Positions 31,703-44,994 of a stretch of DNA of 64,000 nt are shown in pieces. Position 1 is the stretch's first letter. Each line of letters starts with the position of its first letter. The notes under the pieces are model-generated. The model was not told the DNA's origin. It did not search any database and saw nothing but the letters and a program-made list of their open reading frames with translations. The DNA is taken from assembly GCA_963804015.1 (NCBI GenBank), contig CAWDOW010000014.1, positions 171,128-235,127 of the forward strand, read 5' to 3'. Source of the DNA: an uncultured Pseudomonadota bacterium (lineage in GTDB: Bacteria > Pseudomonadota > Alphaproteobacteria > Rhizobiales > Xanthobacteraceae). Made by a program: the position numbers and the translations under genes.

Positions 31703-32830
31703 ATGACGAAATTCGCCCGCCATTGCAGCTTTGCCCTGTCGGCCTTTGCCGCCGCCTTCGTCGCGGCCACGGCCGTCGCTCAACAACCCTATCCGCCGCC
31801 CGGCGTGACGGTTTCGGCGCGCGAGCAGTCCTGCCAGCGGCTGGAGGCGCAGCTTGCAGGCATCGACCGCTCCGGCGGCGATTCCGCCAAGGCCGAACAG
31901 ATCCGACAATTGGAAGCCACGCTCGGCCGCCAGCAGGCCGAACTCGATCGCGCCACGCAGCAGTCACGCCGCCAGGGCTGCGAAACTTCCGGCTTCTTCC
32001 AGCTTTTCGGCGGCGGAGGCCGTTCCGAGCAATGCGGTCCGCTGAACAATCAGGTATCGCAAATTCGTGCCAACATATCGCGCGTGCAGAATGACCTGCA
32101 GCGCCTGCAAAGCGCCGGCGCAAATTACGAGCGCGACGGCCAGCGTCGCGCCGTGATCACTGCGCTCGCGCAGAACGATTGCGGTCCGCAATATCGCGCG
32201 CAGGCGGCGCAATCGCGCAACCTGTTCGAGACCCTGTTCGGACCCGGCCCCGGCGCCGATCAAAACACGTCGAACGAGGGCGCCGGCTCAGGCTATCGCA
32301 CGGTCTGCGTTCGCACCTGCGACGGCTATTTCTTCCCGATCTCGTTCTCGACCTCGCAGGACCGCTTCCGCGACGACGAGGCGACCTGCCAGCGCATGTG
32401 CCCGGCTTCCGAAGTGATGCTGTTCTCGCACCGCAATCCGGGCGAGGACATGCGCCAGGCGGTTTCGGCCAATGGTGGCAAGCTCTATACGGAAATGCCG
32501 AACGCATTCAAATACAAGACGGAATGGAGCAACGCCTGCGTCTGCAAGCAGCCGAATGAAAGCTGGGCCAACGCGGTGAAGGACGATCCCGCAACGCAGA
32601 CCGCGCTCGAGCGAAACGACATCGTGTCCGAGGAGCGCGCCAAGGTCTTGTCGGCGCCGCGCGACGCCAAGGGCCGTCCGATCCTGCCGCCAGCGCCGAA
32701 GGGCGCCCAGAAAGGTGCGGCTCCACTTGCAGCACCTGTTGCTGCTCAACCCGCGCCACCTCCCGCCGATCAGCCCGAGGGCGAGAAGAAGCCGATCCGT
32801 TCGGTCGGCCCGAAATTCCTGTCGCAATAA
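31703..32830 (+). CDS. DUF2865 domain exported protein
   Basis: Signal peptide, coiled coil, RTVCVRTCDGYFFPIS, CQRMCP, YTEMPNAFKY...CVC. Confidence 0.85.
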   Translation: MTKFARHCSFALSAFAAAFVAATAVAQQPYPPPGVTVSAREQSCQRLEAQLAGIDRSGGDSAKAEQIRQLEATLGRQQAELDRATQQSRRQGCETSGFFQLFGGGGRSEQCGPLNNQVSQIRANISRVQNDLQRLQSAGANYERDGQRRAVITALAQNDCGPQYRAQAAQSRNLFETLFGPGPGADQNTSNEGAGSGYRTVCVRTCDGYFFPISFSTSQDRFRDDEATCQRMCPASEVMLFSHRNPGEDMRQAVSANGGKLYTEMPNAFKYKTEWSNACVCKQPNESWANAVKDDPATQTALERNDIVSEERAKVLSAPRDAKGRPILPPAPKGAQKGAAPLAAPVAAQPAPPPADQPEGEKKPIRSVGPKFLSQ

Positions 32831-32865
32831 TCAAGGGCGGGTCTGCTACGCGCGAGCTTTCGCCC

Positions 32866-33910
32866 TCACCCGCCGGTGACGCTCATATGCCGCGGCGAAG
32901 CCGGCGCTGCGATGGCGGCGGTCGATCACGAAGTCATGACCCTTGGGCTTGCGCAAGATGGCGCTATCGATCGCCGCATGCAGATGATCGTCGGATTCGG
33001 ACGCCCGCAACGGCGCGCGCAGGTCGGCGGCGTCCTCCTGGCCCAGACACATGAACAAGGTGCCGGTGCAGGTCAGGCGCACGCGATTGCAGGATTCGCA
33101 GAAATTATGCGTCATCGGCGTGATGAAGCCGAGCCGTCCGCCGGTCTCCGCCACCCGCACATAACGCGCCGGCCCACCGGTTCGATAGTCGATATCTTCG
33201 AGCGTGTAGCGCTCGACCAGGCGCCCGCGCACCATCGACAGCGGCAGATATTGATCGATACGCGCCTCGCCGATTTCGCCGAGCGGCATGACCTCGATCA
33301 GGGTCAGATCCATGCCGCGGCCATGCGACCATTCCATCAGGTCCGCGATCTCGTCCTCGTTGAAGCCCTTCAGCGCAACCGCATTGATCTTGATCCTGAG
33401 GCCCGCGGCCTGCGCGGCATCGATGCCGGCCATGACGCGGGACAGATTGCCCCAGCGGGTCACTGCGCGGAACTTGTCCGGATCGAGCGTATCGAGCGAC
33501 ACATTGATGCGTTCGACGCCATGGGCCTTCAGCTCGGCGGCATATTTTTCGAGCTGGGAACCGTTGGTGGTCAGCGTCAATTCCTCGAGCGCGCCCGATC
33601 GCAGATGCCGTGACAGCGAGCCGATCAGCGTCATGATGCCACGCCGCACCAGCGGCTCACCGCCGGTCAGCCTGAGCTTGCGAACGCCGCGCTCGATAAA
33701 GGCGCTGCAGACCCGGTCGAGTTCCTCGAGCGAAAGCAGATCCCGCTTGGGCAGAAACGCCATGTCCTCCGACATGCAATAGACACAGCGGAAATCGCAG
33801 CGATCGGTCACCGACACCCGCAAATAGGTGATCGCGCGCGCGAAGGGGTCGATCAGCGGCCTGCCGGTGCCGGCTTTTTCCACTTCAATTGGTTGCATTG
33901 CAGCATTCAT
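32866..33910 (-). CDS. moaA: GTP 3',8-cyclase (frameshift near 3' end)
   Basis: [36 protein letters not shown]...CL; terminal RHMSVTGG in shifted frame. Confidence 0.95.
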
Positions 33911-33996
33911 GGTCTTACTCACCCCTTCCATATAGGCTTTCCGGGCTCCCCGCAAAACCCGCGGGCAATGCCGGAACAGGGGTCCGTGGCATCGTG

Positions 33997-34470
33997 ATGA
34001 GTTCCGAGAATTCGACCATAGCGCGGCCCTGGCCAACCGAATTGCGATTAAGCAAGGACGGCAAAATTCTGACGGTCGCCTTTGACAGCGGCGAGCGTTA
34101 CGAGCTTGCGGCCGAATATCTGCGGGTCAAAAGCCCGAGCGCCGAGGTGCAGGGGCATTCGCCGGACGAGCGCAAGACCGTGCCCGGCAAGCGCAATGTC
34201 ATGATCATCGAAATCCAGCCGATCGGGAATTATGCCGTGCGGCTGACCTTCGACGACATGCATTCCACCGGCATCTATAGCTGGGATTATTTCGCCGAAC
34301 TTGGCCGCCGCCACGCTGAATATTGGCAGGATTATATCGACGAACTCGCGGCAAAAGGGCTCATGCGCGATCCGCCTGCGCGGACAATAGGCGCAGCGGC
34401 GGCGGTTTTCGCCAGCGGGTCGCGGTCGTGGCGTCCCGTTGATTATCCCTATGGTTGTATTGTATTATGA
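33997..34470 (+). CDS. DUF971 (GBBH-like N-terminal domain) protein
   Basis: [37 protein letters not shown]; 3' end uncertain. Confidence 0.88.
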   Translation: MSSENSTIARPWPTELRLSKDGKILTVAFDSGERYELAAEYLRVKSPSAEVQGHSPDERKTVPGKRNVMIIEIQPIGNYAVRLTFDDMHSTGIYSWDYFAELGRRHAEYWQDYIDELAAKGLMRDPPARTIGAAAAVFASGSRSWRPVDYPYGCIVL

Positions 34471-34490
34471 TACAACCATAGGCCAATTCC

Positions 34491-35387
34491 ATGCGCAAAC
34501 CATCGCTGTGGCAACTGGTTTTATCCTTGCTCGTTGTCGGCGTGATTGCCTCGGCCATTTTCGTTCGAGCGTTCGATGCCGACCGAGTGACATTCAAGGC
34601 GCCGGCAGCGCGACTTCCGGCCGGGCCAGCAACCGCACATCCTCCGGCGGTCGAGTTTAGGGAACGAATTGTCGTTCCAGACTTGCCCAAGGAGAGTCCC
34701 AGAGAACTTAGTGCGGAGACGCGTGACCTGCCTTCTCGCCTGGAGGCACCGGCGAGCGCGAAGCAGCCTCGCTTCGGCAAGGCTCCAACCGCAACAAGCA
34801 AAGGCCGAAATGATCCGGCACCGCCAACGCAACCGGCGCCGGATACAGGAAACGTCCCCGCTTACGGCAAAGCAACCTACAACAAGCCGCAGACGCTTCA
34901 GATCGGAATGTCGACGGAAATATCCGTTATCATCCAAGTTGATGACGACCAGAATATTTCGGATCGGATGACCTACCTTCCCGGCGCGCTGACGTCGGCG
35001 ATGATCCCGGTGACAAGAGTCATGTCGGCGCGGCTGTCAGGAAACAACGATGTCAATGTGACATCGCAAAGTTCCAGCGAGCAGATCGTCTCTTCCAGAG
35101 CGCCCACTCAGTGGCGGTGGCACGTGAAGCCGGCGGTCGCAGGAACAACCATCCTGACACTCGAGATTTTTGGGCATTACCGGTACGAAGAGAAGCTTCA
35201 TCCGGTCGCGGTGAGAGTCTATCGCGACGAAATCAGAACGACGGCCACATGGTTCGAGCAGGCCAGGCAATACATAACGTCGTTTGAACCGATCCGCGCC
35301 ACCGTCTTCGCAATTGGCGGCCTCATCGGAACTGCGGCGCTTTGGTTGTACAGGCGCTACAGAAAGGAGCCGAAGCAATCCGGCTAG
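34491..35387 (+). CDS. Hypothetical membrane-anchored protein with Pro-rich linker and beta-rich domain
   Basis: 298-aa ORF with N- and C-terminal TM segments; more A/T-ending codons than its neighbours. Confidence 0.7.
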   Translation: MRKPSLWQLVLSLLVVGVIASAIFVRAFDADRVTFKAPAARLPAGPATAHPPAVEFRERIVVPDLPKESPRELSAETRDLPSRLEAPASAKQPRFGKAPTATSKGRNDPAPPTQPAPDTGNVPAYGKATYNKPQTLQIGMSTEISVIIQVDDDQNISDRMTYLPGALTSAMIPVTRVMSARLSGNNDVNVTSQSSSEQIVSSRAPTQWRWHVKPAVAGTTILTLEIFGHYRYEEKLHPVAVRVYRDEIRTTATWFEQARQYITSFEPIRATVFAIGGLIGTAALWLYRRYRKEPKQSG

Positions 35388-35713
35388 TGGTCCAATTCTA
35401 CATTCGCACCCCTTTCGGCAGGCTCTTTTGCGAATGTCAGAAGTCAAAGGACCACTAGTGTGGTGGTTCGGAAATCCGCTTCATTCTTGCCGCACCATCA
35501 TCAAGCGGATTTCCGAACCAACCCACACTAGAAGATCATAGGTTTGCTAGTGTCCTTCGAATCCGAAGTCCGCTCACGAACAAGCCGCAGAATGAAGCGG
35601 ACTTCGGATTCGGGACACCAGCAAATATCTGATTCTAGTGGAGCTTTGGATTTGACATTCGCTTTGCGAGCCCGCGGCTGGATGGGTAGCGAATGTCAAA
35701 TCCGCTCCACTAG
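35384..35713. repeat. Array of four CTAG-bounded long hairpins (two nested bipartite MITE/REP-like elements)
   Basis: Hairpins at 35384-35458, 35455-35531, 35547-35621 and 35635-35713, each with long stems and a short terminal bulge. Confidence 0.9.
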
Positions 35714-35744
35714 CCGGCGCTTCGGCATTGGCCGAAAGGCAGGC

Positions 35745-36341
35745 CTATTTCACCACGATCACCTTGGCGCCGACCTTCACGCGCTCGTAGAGATCGACGA
35801 TGTCGGGATTGGTGAGGCGAATGCAGCCCGAAGAATCGGCTTCGCCGACCGAGTCCGGATCATGCGTCCCGTGAATGCGATAGATCGTCGATCCGATATA
35901 GAGCGCGCGCGCACCGAGCGGATTGCCGGGCCCGCCCTTCATGTGGCGCGGCAGACCTGGCTGGCGCTTGATCATTTCAGGCGGCGGACGCCAGTCCGGC
36001 CATTCGCGCTTGTTGGTGACGGTGTGAATGCCGTTCCAGGTGAAGCCGTCGCGACCGACGCCGACGCCATAGCGCATCGCCTGGCCGGGCGCGGTCACGA
36101 GATAGAGCTTTCGTTGCGCGGTGAAGACGATGATGGTGCCCGGCTTTTCCTTGGTCTCGAACGGCACCATCGTCCGCTGCAGGGAGAGGATTTCACCGAT
36201 GCCCCGAATGCGAATGCTATCGGGCGTGCCTCCGCGCAGCCGGCCGTCCGGATCGGTGAGCGTGTTGGCCTGCGCCGTAACTAATGCGGCAATAGCGATT
36301 GCGCCCGAAGCCGATATCAGGCTCAAGAAACGCAGCTTCAT
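35745..36341 (-). CDS. L,D-transpeptidase (YkuD/ErfK family)
   Basis: PGTIIV, RYGVGVGR, WPDWRPP, NPLGARALY, YRIHGT...SSGCIRL; signal peptide. Confidence 0.93.
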   Translation of the reverse strand: MKLRFLSLISASGAIAIAALVTAQANTLTDPDGRLRGGTPDSIRIRGIGEILSLQRTMVPFETKEKPGTIIVFTAQRKLYLVTAPGQAMRYGVGVGRDGFTWNGIHTVTNKREWPDWRPPPEMIKRQPGLPRHMKGGPGNPLGARALYIGSTIYRIHGTHDPDSVGEADSSGCIRLTNPDIVDLYERVKVGAKVIVVK

Positions 36342-36597
36342 GCCCTTCCCCCAAAGCCGAAAATGCGCGGTGAAGATGGCCGCGCATGACGACGAAAGAT
36401 GCCGTTTTGAGGTTCGAAACATCAAGACTTGCAAGCCGAGTGAAACCTTGCGGCCGTGTTGCGCAAGCTTTCCGATCCCGGACCTGAGCAAGCCGTTCAG
36501 CGAAGCGATGAGAAACGGGAACGAACGACTGGCGGCGCTGGCGCAGTCGGCAACAGTCGAAGCAGGTAGTCGAGGCGTAGAGACATTGGAGCAGAAA

Positions 36598-36672
36598 TGG
36601 TGGGCGCTATAGGGATTGAACCTATGACCTCTCCCGTGTGAAGGGAACGCTCTCCCGCTGAGCTAAGCGCCC
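36598..36672 (-). tRNA. tRNA-Val(CAC)
   Basis: Reverse complement GGGCGCTTAGCTCAGCGGGAGAGCGTTCCCTT-CAC-ACGGGAGAGGTCATAGGTTCAATCCCTATAGCGCCCACCA: full cloverleaf, encoded CCA. Confidence 0.97.
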
Positions 36673-36998
36673 GTGTCGTGGGACTAGCAGCGGCTTGTCG
36701 AAAATGCCACCCCACAGATCGGCCTCGAAAGGCGCACGAAAACCGGCCGAATGCGTGCCACATCCGTGCAATCGAGGGCCGCTTTCTAGGGGATCAACAC
36801 CTACCGTGCAAGCAGATCGCTCGCGGCCATGGCCGGACGCTCGACACTGGCAGAATGCGGTCGCGCGAAACAAACATTAATTTTTGTTCAGGTAGTTGAT
36901 TCTGAACGTTCATTCAGTATGGTGGCCCAACGGCAGCGGACAAGACGCCCCCGTCCCTGCCCTGGTCCGGCGCCGGACTTTCTCACGGAGGAGGTTTC

Positions 36999-37184
36999 AT
37001 GCGTGGCAGATACGTGTGGTGCATTGCGCGCTACGATGACGGCAAGGCCCACGAGTTTTCGGTCCCTGAGGATCAACTTCGTCGCGGCGATTTCATCCTG
37101 AAAAGTCTCGCCAACGAAAATCAGCGCGTCGGCCTTTTGCCACCCGGCCGAATCACCAACGCGCAACGCGGCAATTTCGGTTAG
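36999..37184 (+). CDS. Small hypothetical protein (61 aa)
   Basis: Perfect GGAGGAGG RBS before the ATG; AT-rich promoter-like region upstream. Confidence 0.6.
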   Translation: MRGRYVWCIARYDDGKAHEFSVPEDQLRRGDFILKSLANENQRVGLLPPGRITNAQRGNFG

Positions 37185-37363
37185 CTCTCAACATCGTCCG
37201 CGGCGCGAATTCGCGTCGTTGATGGCCGGACGGATCAGCTTACGCCGACAGCGTCGTTGCAGGCAAGGCGCCCGCGGGGACAAACGCCGGGGGCAAACAC
37301 CATGTCCGAGCGGCCGCCACCGGACGCAGCATTACGACACGACAAGACCGATTGCCCTTTGGA

Positions 37364-37935
37364 TCAGCGCGTCTGATTGGGCGCCGGCCAGGCCGAAGCC
37401 GCAGGCGCCGCTCCACCGGCGGGCGGAGGAGCAAAACCGCTATTCGAGGGCGCCTGTCGTGCTGCTGCTGCTGTTGCGGCGGCGGTGCAAAGCCGCTGGT
37501 CTGCGGCGGCGGCGCAAAGCCGCCATCGCCCGGCTCGACATTGTTCGCGGAAGGCGGTGGCGGGCGCTTGGCGACCTTGGCCGGCGACTTTTTCGGTGCC
37601 GGACGGCGCGCCTTCACCAGTTCGGCACTCACCGGACTTGGATCGAAACGCGGCGGCGAGCCGAAATCGCCGGGCTCGGGCGGCACCAGTTTCACCGGAA
37701 CGGTCTGCGGCTGATAGCCATTGAGATTGTAGGTCACCTGCATGTCGGCGGCGGGCACGGCGAGCGCGCAGGGTGTCTTGCAGGTCTGACCACCCGAAGT
37801 GCGCACCTCCGCCCCCGCAGGCTCGGATTCAAATTGCAGCGGGACCGTCGGCACCGCAGTCCGCATCAGGTCGCCGCCAGCCGAACAACCGGCCAGCGCA
37901 ACACCGCAAAACAGAAGCGCCAGTGATCTGCTCAT
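37364..37935 (-). CDS. PEGA-like domain lipoprotein with Pro-rich tail (frameshift near 37450)
   Basis: Lipobox LAGC, FESEPAGAEV..CKTPC, three GFAPPP repeats, last one in shifted frame ending SAWPAPNQTR. Confidence 0.75.
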
Positions 37936-38127
37936 GGGTCATATCCATACGCTGGGGGGCCCCGTCCGACGCCCCGACCCTTGCTTGGCCAGGACCATAC
38001 GAGCCAAGGCATGCTCACGCAACCGGCTAAGGCTATCCCCAGTTCAGCCATATTCTCACGAGACCGCCGCAATCCTACGAGATCAATCGATTGTGGGCTT
38101 ATTTGGCTTTATTATGGTTAATCGGCC

Positions 38128-38855
38128 TTAACATCCGGCGCAGTCGGTATTTTCGCGCTGCATGGCCCCAATGCCCGGCACGAGTTCCATCACCGCGCGC
38201 GGCAACACGTCGAAATGCCCGATCAGCCGATCCGGCGCCAGCTCCGCCATCGGAATCCGGCGTATAGCCGAAATCGACCCCGATCACCGGAATCGAAGCC
38301 GCGCGGGCCAGCCGCACATCGGTCTCGGAATCGCCGACCATCACCGCGCGTGCAGAATCGCCGCCGGCACGCGCGATCGTCAGACGCAGCGTTTCGGGAT
38401 CCGGCTTCTTCATCGGGAAAGGTGTCCTGCCCGCAGATCGCGGCGAAGCGCTGCGTGAGCCCGAGTGCATCGAGCAGGCGCAACGACAGGGCTTCGTATT
38501 TGTTGGTGCAGACCGCCAGGCGAAAGCCATCTTCGACAAGTCGGTCGAGGCAATCCTCAAGCCCGGGATAGGGCCGCGACTGGTCTGCGATGTGATCCTG
38601 ATAATGGCGGATGTAGCGCGCGAACATCGCGTCGACCTCTTCGGTCGGAAGATTGCGATCCTGCTGGACCAGCGCGCGTTCGATCAGCGGGCGAACTCCG
38701 GCGCCGACCAAAGAGCGGGCCTGATCCAGCGCGATCGCCGGCAACCCCTCCTCCGCGAAAACGAGATTGAGCGTGCCGATCAGATCGGGGGCGGTGTCGA
38801 TCAACGTGCCGTCGAGGTCGAAGACGACGATGGGGGCGGGATTCGATAGGGCCAT
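38128..38855 (-). CDS. gph: Phosphoglycolate phosphatase, HAD family (frameshifts)
   Basis: [31 protein letters not shown]. Confidence 0.88.
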
Positions 38856-38989
38856 GGCGCGAACGGCTAGCGGCCCCCTGCCCCGATAGCAAGACCCCAA
38901 GCCGCTGCCGGTCACGCTCGAAAGCCCTGTATTCGGGGCCGAGGCGGGCTAGACAAGCGCGCCTTTTGCCGGACCAGCGTCGACGCCCG

Positions 38990-39690
38990 ATGACCCCCGA
39001 AGCCCTGAAACGACAGGCCGCCGCCCGCGCCCTCGAATTCGTGCGCCCCGGCATGCGGCTCGGGCTCGGCACCGGCTCGACGGCGAAGCTTTTCGTGGAG
39101 CTTGTTGGGAGAGCGGGTGCGTGCCGGGCTGGATGTGATCGGCGTGCCCACCTCGGAAGCGACGCGCGCCGATGCGCTGCGCGTCGGAGTGCCCCTGACT
39201 ACCCTGGAAGAGACGCCCCATCTGGACGTCACGATCGACGGTGCCGACGAGATCGGGCCCGGGCTTGCCCTGATCAAGGGCGGCGGCGGCGCGCTGCTGC
39301 GCGAAAAGATCGTCGCGGCTGCCTCCGACCGGATGATCGTGATCGCCGACGAATCGAAGCTGGTGCCGCTGCTCGGCGCGTTTCCGCTGCCGATCGAAAT
39401 CGTGCGGTTCGGACAAGGCAGCGACCGCGCTTGCCGTCGGCAAGGCGCTGAAGGGACTTGCCCTGCCGGACCGGCTTGCGCTGCGAAGGACCAAGGACGG
39501 CCACGTTTTCGTCACGGATGAGGGCCACCTGATCCTCGATGCCGCGCTCGGAAAAATCCCGGACCCGCAGGCGCTGGCGGCCCGGCTTGCCGAAATTCCC
39601 GGCATTGTGGAGCACGGCCTGTTTCTTGGACTCGCGAAAATCGCGATTATCGCTGGCGCTTCCGGAATCCGTGTGATCGAACAATCATGA
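38990..39690 (+). CDS. rpiA: Ribose-5-phosphate isomerase A (frameshifts)
   Basis: [40 protein letters not shown]. Confidence 0.94.
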
Positions 39691-39716
39691 CCTACGACCA
39701 ACAGGAGTTCTCTGAG

Positions 39717-40231
39717 ATGAGCGTAAAAACGCCGCTGCGCCTGGCGCTGGCCGGGCTCGCCGCCATGCTGGTGCTGGCCTTTGCACCGTCCGCGCGCGCG
39801 CAGCAGCCGTCGGCCAATTCGATCGCGATGGCCAACGAAATTCTCGACATCAAGGGTTCGATGACATCTGTTCGACGCCGCTGATTCCGGGCGTGGTCGA
39901 GCAAGTCGAAAAACACGCTGCTTCAGATGAATCCGAACATGTTCAAGGATCTCACCGATGTCGCCGATGACGCTACGCAAGGAATATGCCCCGCGCCTGA
40001 CGGCACTGCGTCAGGACATCGTGAAAATCTATGCGGCGCGTTTCACCGAGCAGGAATTGAAGGACACGCTCGCCTTCTACAAGTCGCCGGTCGGAAAGAA
40101 GCTCTCACCGAGGAGCCGGCCTTCGTCGAGCGCTCGATGTCGGCGGCGCAGGACTGGGCCGATCAAGCTGAACGAGGAAGCGCTGCAGCGTTTCCGCGCC
40201 GAAATGACGAAAGCGCGGCCATGCGCTCTGA
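39717..40231 (+). CDS. DUF2059 domain exported protein (frameshifts)
   Basis: Signal peptide; [25 protein letters not shown]; sits between rpiA and gor. Confidence 0.85.
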
Positions 40232-40256
40232 GGACCGGACGCGCAGTGGCGAACCG

Positions 40257-41649
<1,393 letters not shown>

Positions 41650-41744
41650 TCGTTTAACTTTGTCTCGCCGTCCTCGGCTTTCCACGCGTCCATGTTGTGT
41701 TACACAGCGCTTCATCCGACGCGCGCAACAGGAGCGCAAACGTC

Positions 41745-42861
41745 ATGGCGTGGCACGTGCCTGATCCTTTGCCGAACGTAATGCGGCTCGCTGCGGCCGT
41801 CGCTGTGCTGATGACCTGTTGCGGCAGCGCATTGGCGCAGACTCCGGCCGACGCACTTCTTCAGCGCGAGCTGGTGGTCGGGACCAAGGAAGCCGCCCCC
41901 TTCGCGATGAAGAGCTCGGACGGCGTCCTGGACCGGCATCAGCATCGACCTGTGGCGGCGGATCGCGGAGGAAAAGAAAATTCGTTACCGTTTGGTCGAG
42001 ACCGAAACCGTGCCGCAATTGATCGAAGGCGTTGCCGCCGGCAAATTCGATGTTGCGGTTGCCGCCCTCACGGTCACCGCCGCGCGCGAGGAGATTCTCG
42101 ATTTCTCGGCGCCCTTCTACAGCACCGGCCTTGGCATCGCGGTGGCTTCCGGCGGTCTCGCCAATTGGGCGCCGGTCGTTCGCGCGCTGACATCCTTCAA
42201 TTTCCTGCAATCGGTGTTCGCGCTGATCGGCCTTGCGCTGCTGGTCGGGCTGGTGGTCTGGCTGTTCGAGCGTCGCAGCAACGAGGAATTCGGCGGCAGC
42301 GTCGCCAAGGGCCTGAGCTCCAGCGTGTGGTGGACCACCGTCGCCATGACCCAGCGCGCCATCGGACAGGCCGGACCGCGCACGATGCCGGGGCGCTTCG
42401 TGGCGATGCTCTGGATGGTGGGATCGATCATTGCGATCGCGGTATTCACCGCCGGCATCACCTCGGCGCTGACGGTGCGGCAATTGCAGGGCAACGTGCA
42501 GGGCGTGACCGATCTGTCGCAGGTGAAGGTCGGCGCGGTCGCCGGCTCCTCGACCGAGGAAGCGCTCGCCCGCATCCGCACGACCTTCACCCCTTATCCG
42601 AATGCGCGCGACGGCTTGCAGGCGCTGCGCGCCCGACAGATCGACGCCTTCGTCTATGACCGCCCGCTGATGGCCTGGATCGTCAGCCAGGATTTCCGCA
42701 CCTCGATCCAGATTCTGGACGCCACCTTCGACCCGCAGAATTATGCCTTCGCGCTGCCGCCGGGCAGCCCCTTACGCAAGCCGCTCAATGTCGCAATCCT
42801 GCATGCCGTGCAGAGCCGCTGGTGGGACGACACCCTGTTCCGCTATATCGGCAGCCGGTAA
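41745..42861 (+). CDS. GluR0-like protein: split amino-acid-binding domain with 2-TM pore region (frameshift near 41925)
   Basis: Signal peptide, S1 lobe (TKEAAPF, GISIDLW, LTVTAAREEILDFSAPF), TM1, pore helix WW, PRT.GR, TM2 FTAGITSALT, S2 lobe (VYDRP, YAFALP). Confidence 0.88.
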
Positions 42862-42975
42862 TATGGTCCGAATTTGGACGGCGCCGGCCTGCCGTTGGAG
42901 GGCCCGGAACCGTGGCAACCGTCCGGCTGCGGCGCTATAAGGCGACCGCGGCCGGGTGCCGCAGGAGTGACGAAA

Positions 42976-44370
<1,395 letters not shown>

Positions 44371-44393
44371 ACGTGCGATCGCAGGGCTCGCGC

Positions 44394-44802
44394 ATGCGCA
44401 GCGTCGCGCTGGCCCTGCTTTTCGCCGTCGTCGGCGGCCTCGGCTTTCGCCGACGACCTTGCCGATTGCAATCAACAGCTGGACCTCGATGTCCGGATCA
44501 GCGGCTGCACGGCGCTGATGAAGTTGCCGCAACTGGCGGCCGGCGACAAAGCGATCGTCCTTCAATTGCGGGGCAACGCTTATCGCGAAAAGAAGGATTG
44601 GGAGCGCGCGCTTGCCGATTTCAACGAGGCGATGGTCCTTGCGGTCGACGAGCCAGTGAAGGTCCAGACCGCTGCCGGCATCATGCTCGTATTCACGAGC
44701 GCTCCGCCCGAATTGCGCAAGACCGCGGCCGGTCGCAAAGCCATCGACCTGATGGAAAGGAATTTCCAGAAGGCCAAGGCGCAGAAGCCCGCCGCAAAGT
44801 AA
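44394..44802 (+). CDS. Exported TPR-containing protein (frameshift near 44440)
   Basis: Signal peptide, DDLADC...[32 protein letters not shown]. Confidence 0.7.
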
Positions 44803-44994
44803 CGCGCTGCAGCCGGCATAGTGAATAAAGGGTTCCGGCCGCGCGCCAAAATCTATTTTCACGGCCGATCGTTGCGCGAAGCCGATGCCACGATTCCGCT
44901 CTCGTTAACACTGTCATTCGACAGCATCGCAATCGCTTTCAACCTGGCAACGAATTGAAAGCAATTTGATTCAAATTTTGCACGCACACGGGGG

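Noticed and set aside
35384-35713. Hairpin array as a CRISPR array or integron attC cassette array
   Set aside because: Units are not identical direct repeats with unique spacers, lack RYYYAAC/GTTRRRY ends, enclose no cassette ORFs, and no cas or intI gene is present.
34400-36672. Genomic island integrated at tRNA-Val
   Set aside because: No integrase and no duplicated tRNA 3' end found; the neighbouring L,D-transpeptidase looks native.
38118-38131. TTAA pairs at 38118 (N6) and 62547 (N8) as CtrA boxes
   Set aside because: Spacing differs from the N7 consensus; at most half-sites.
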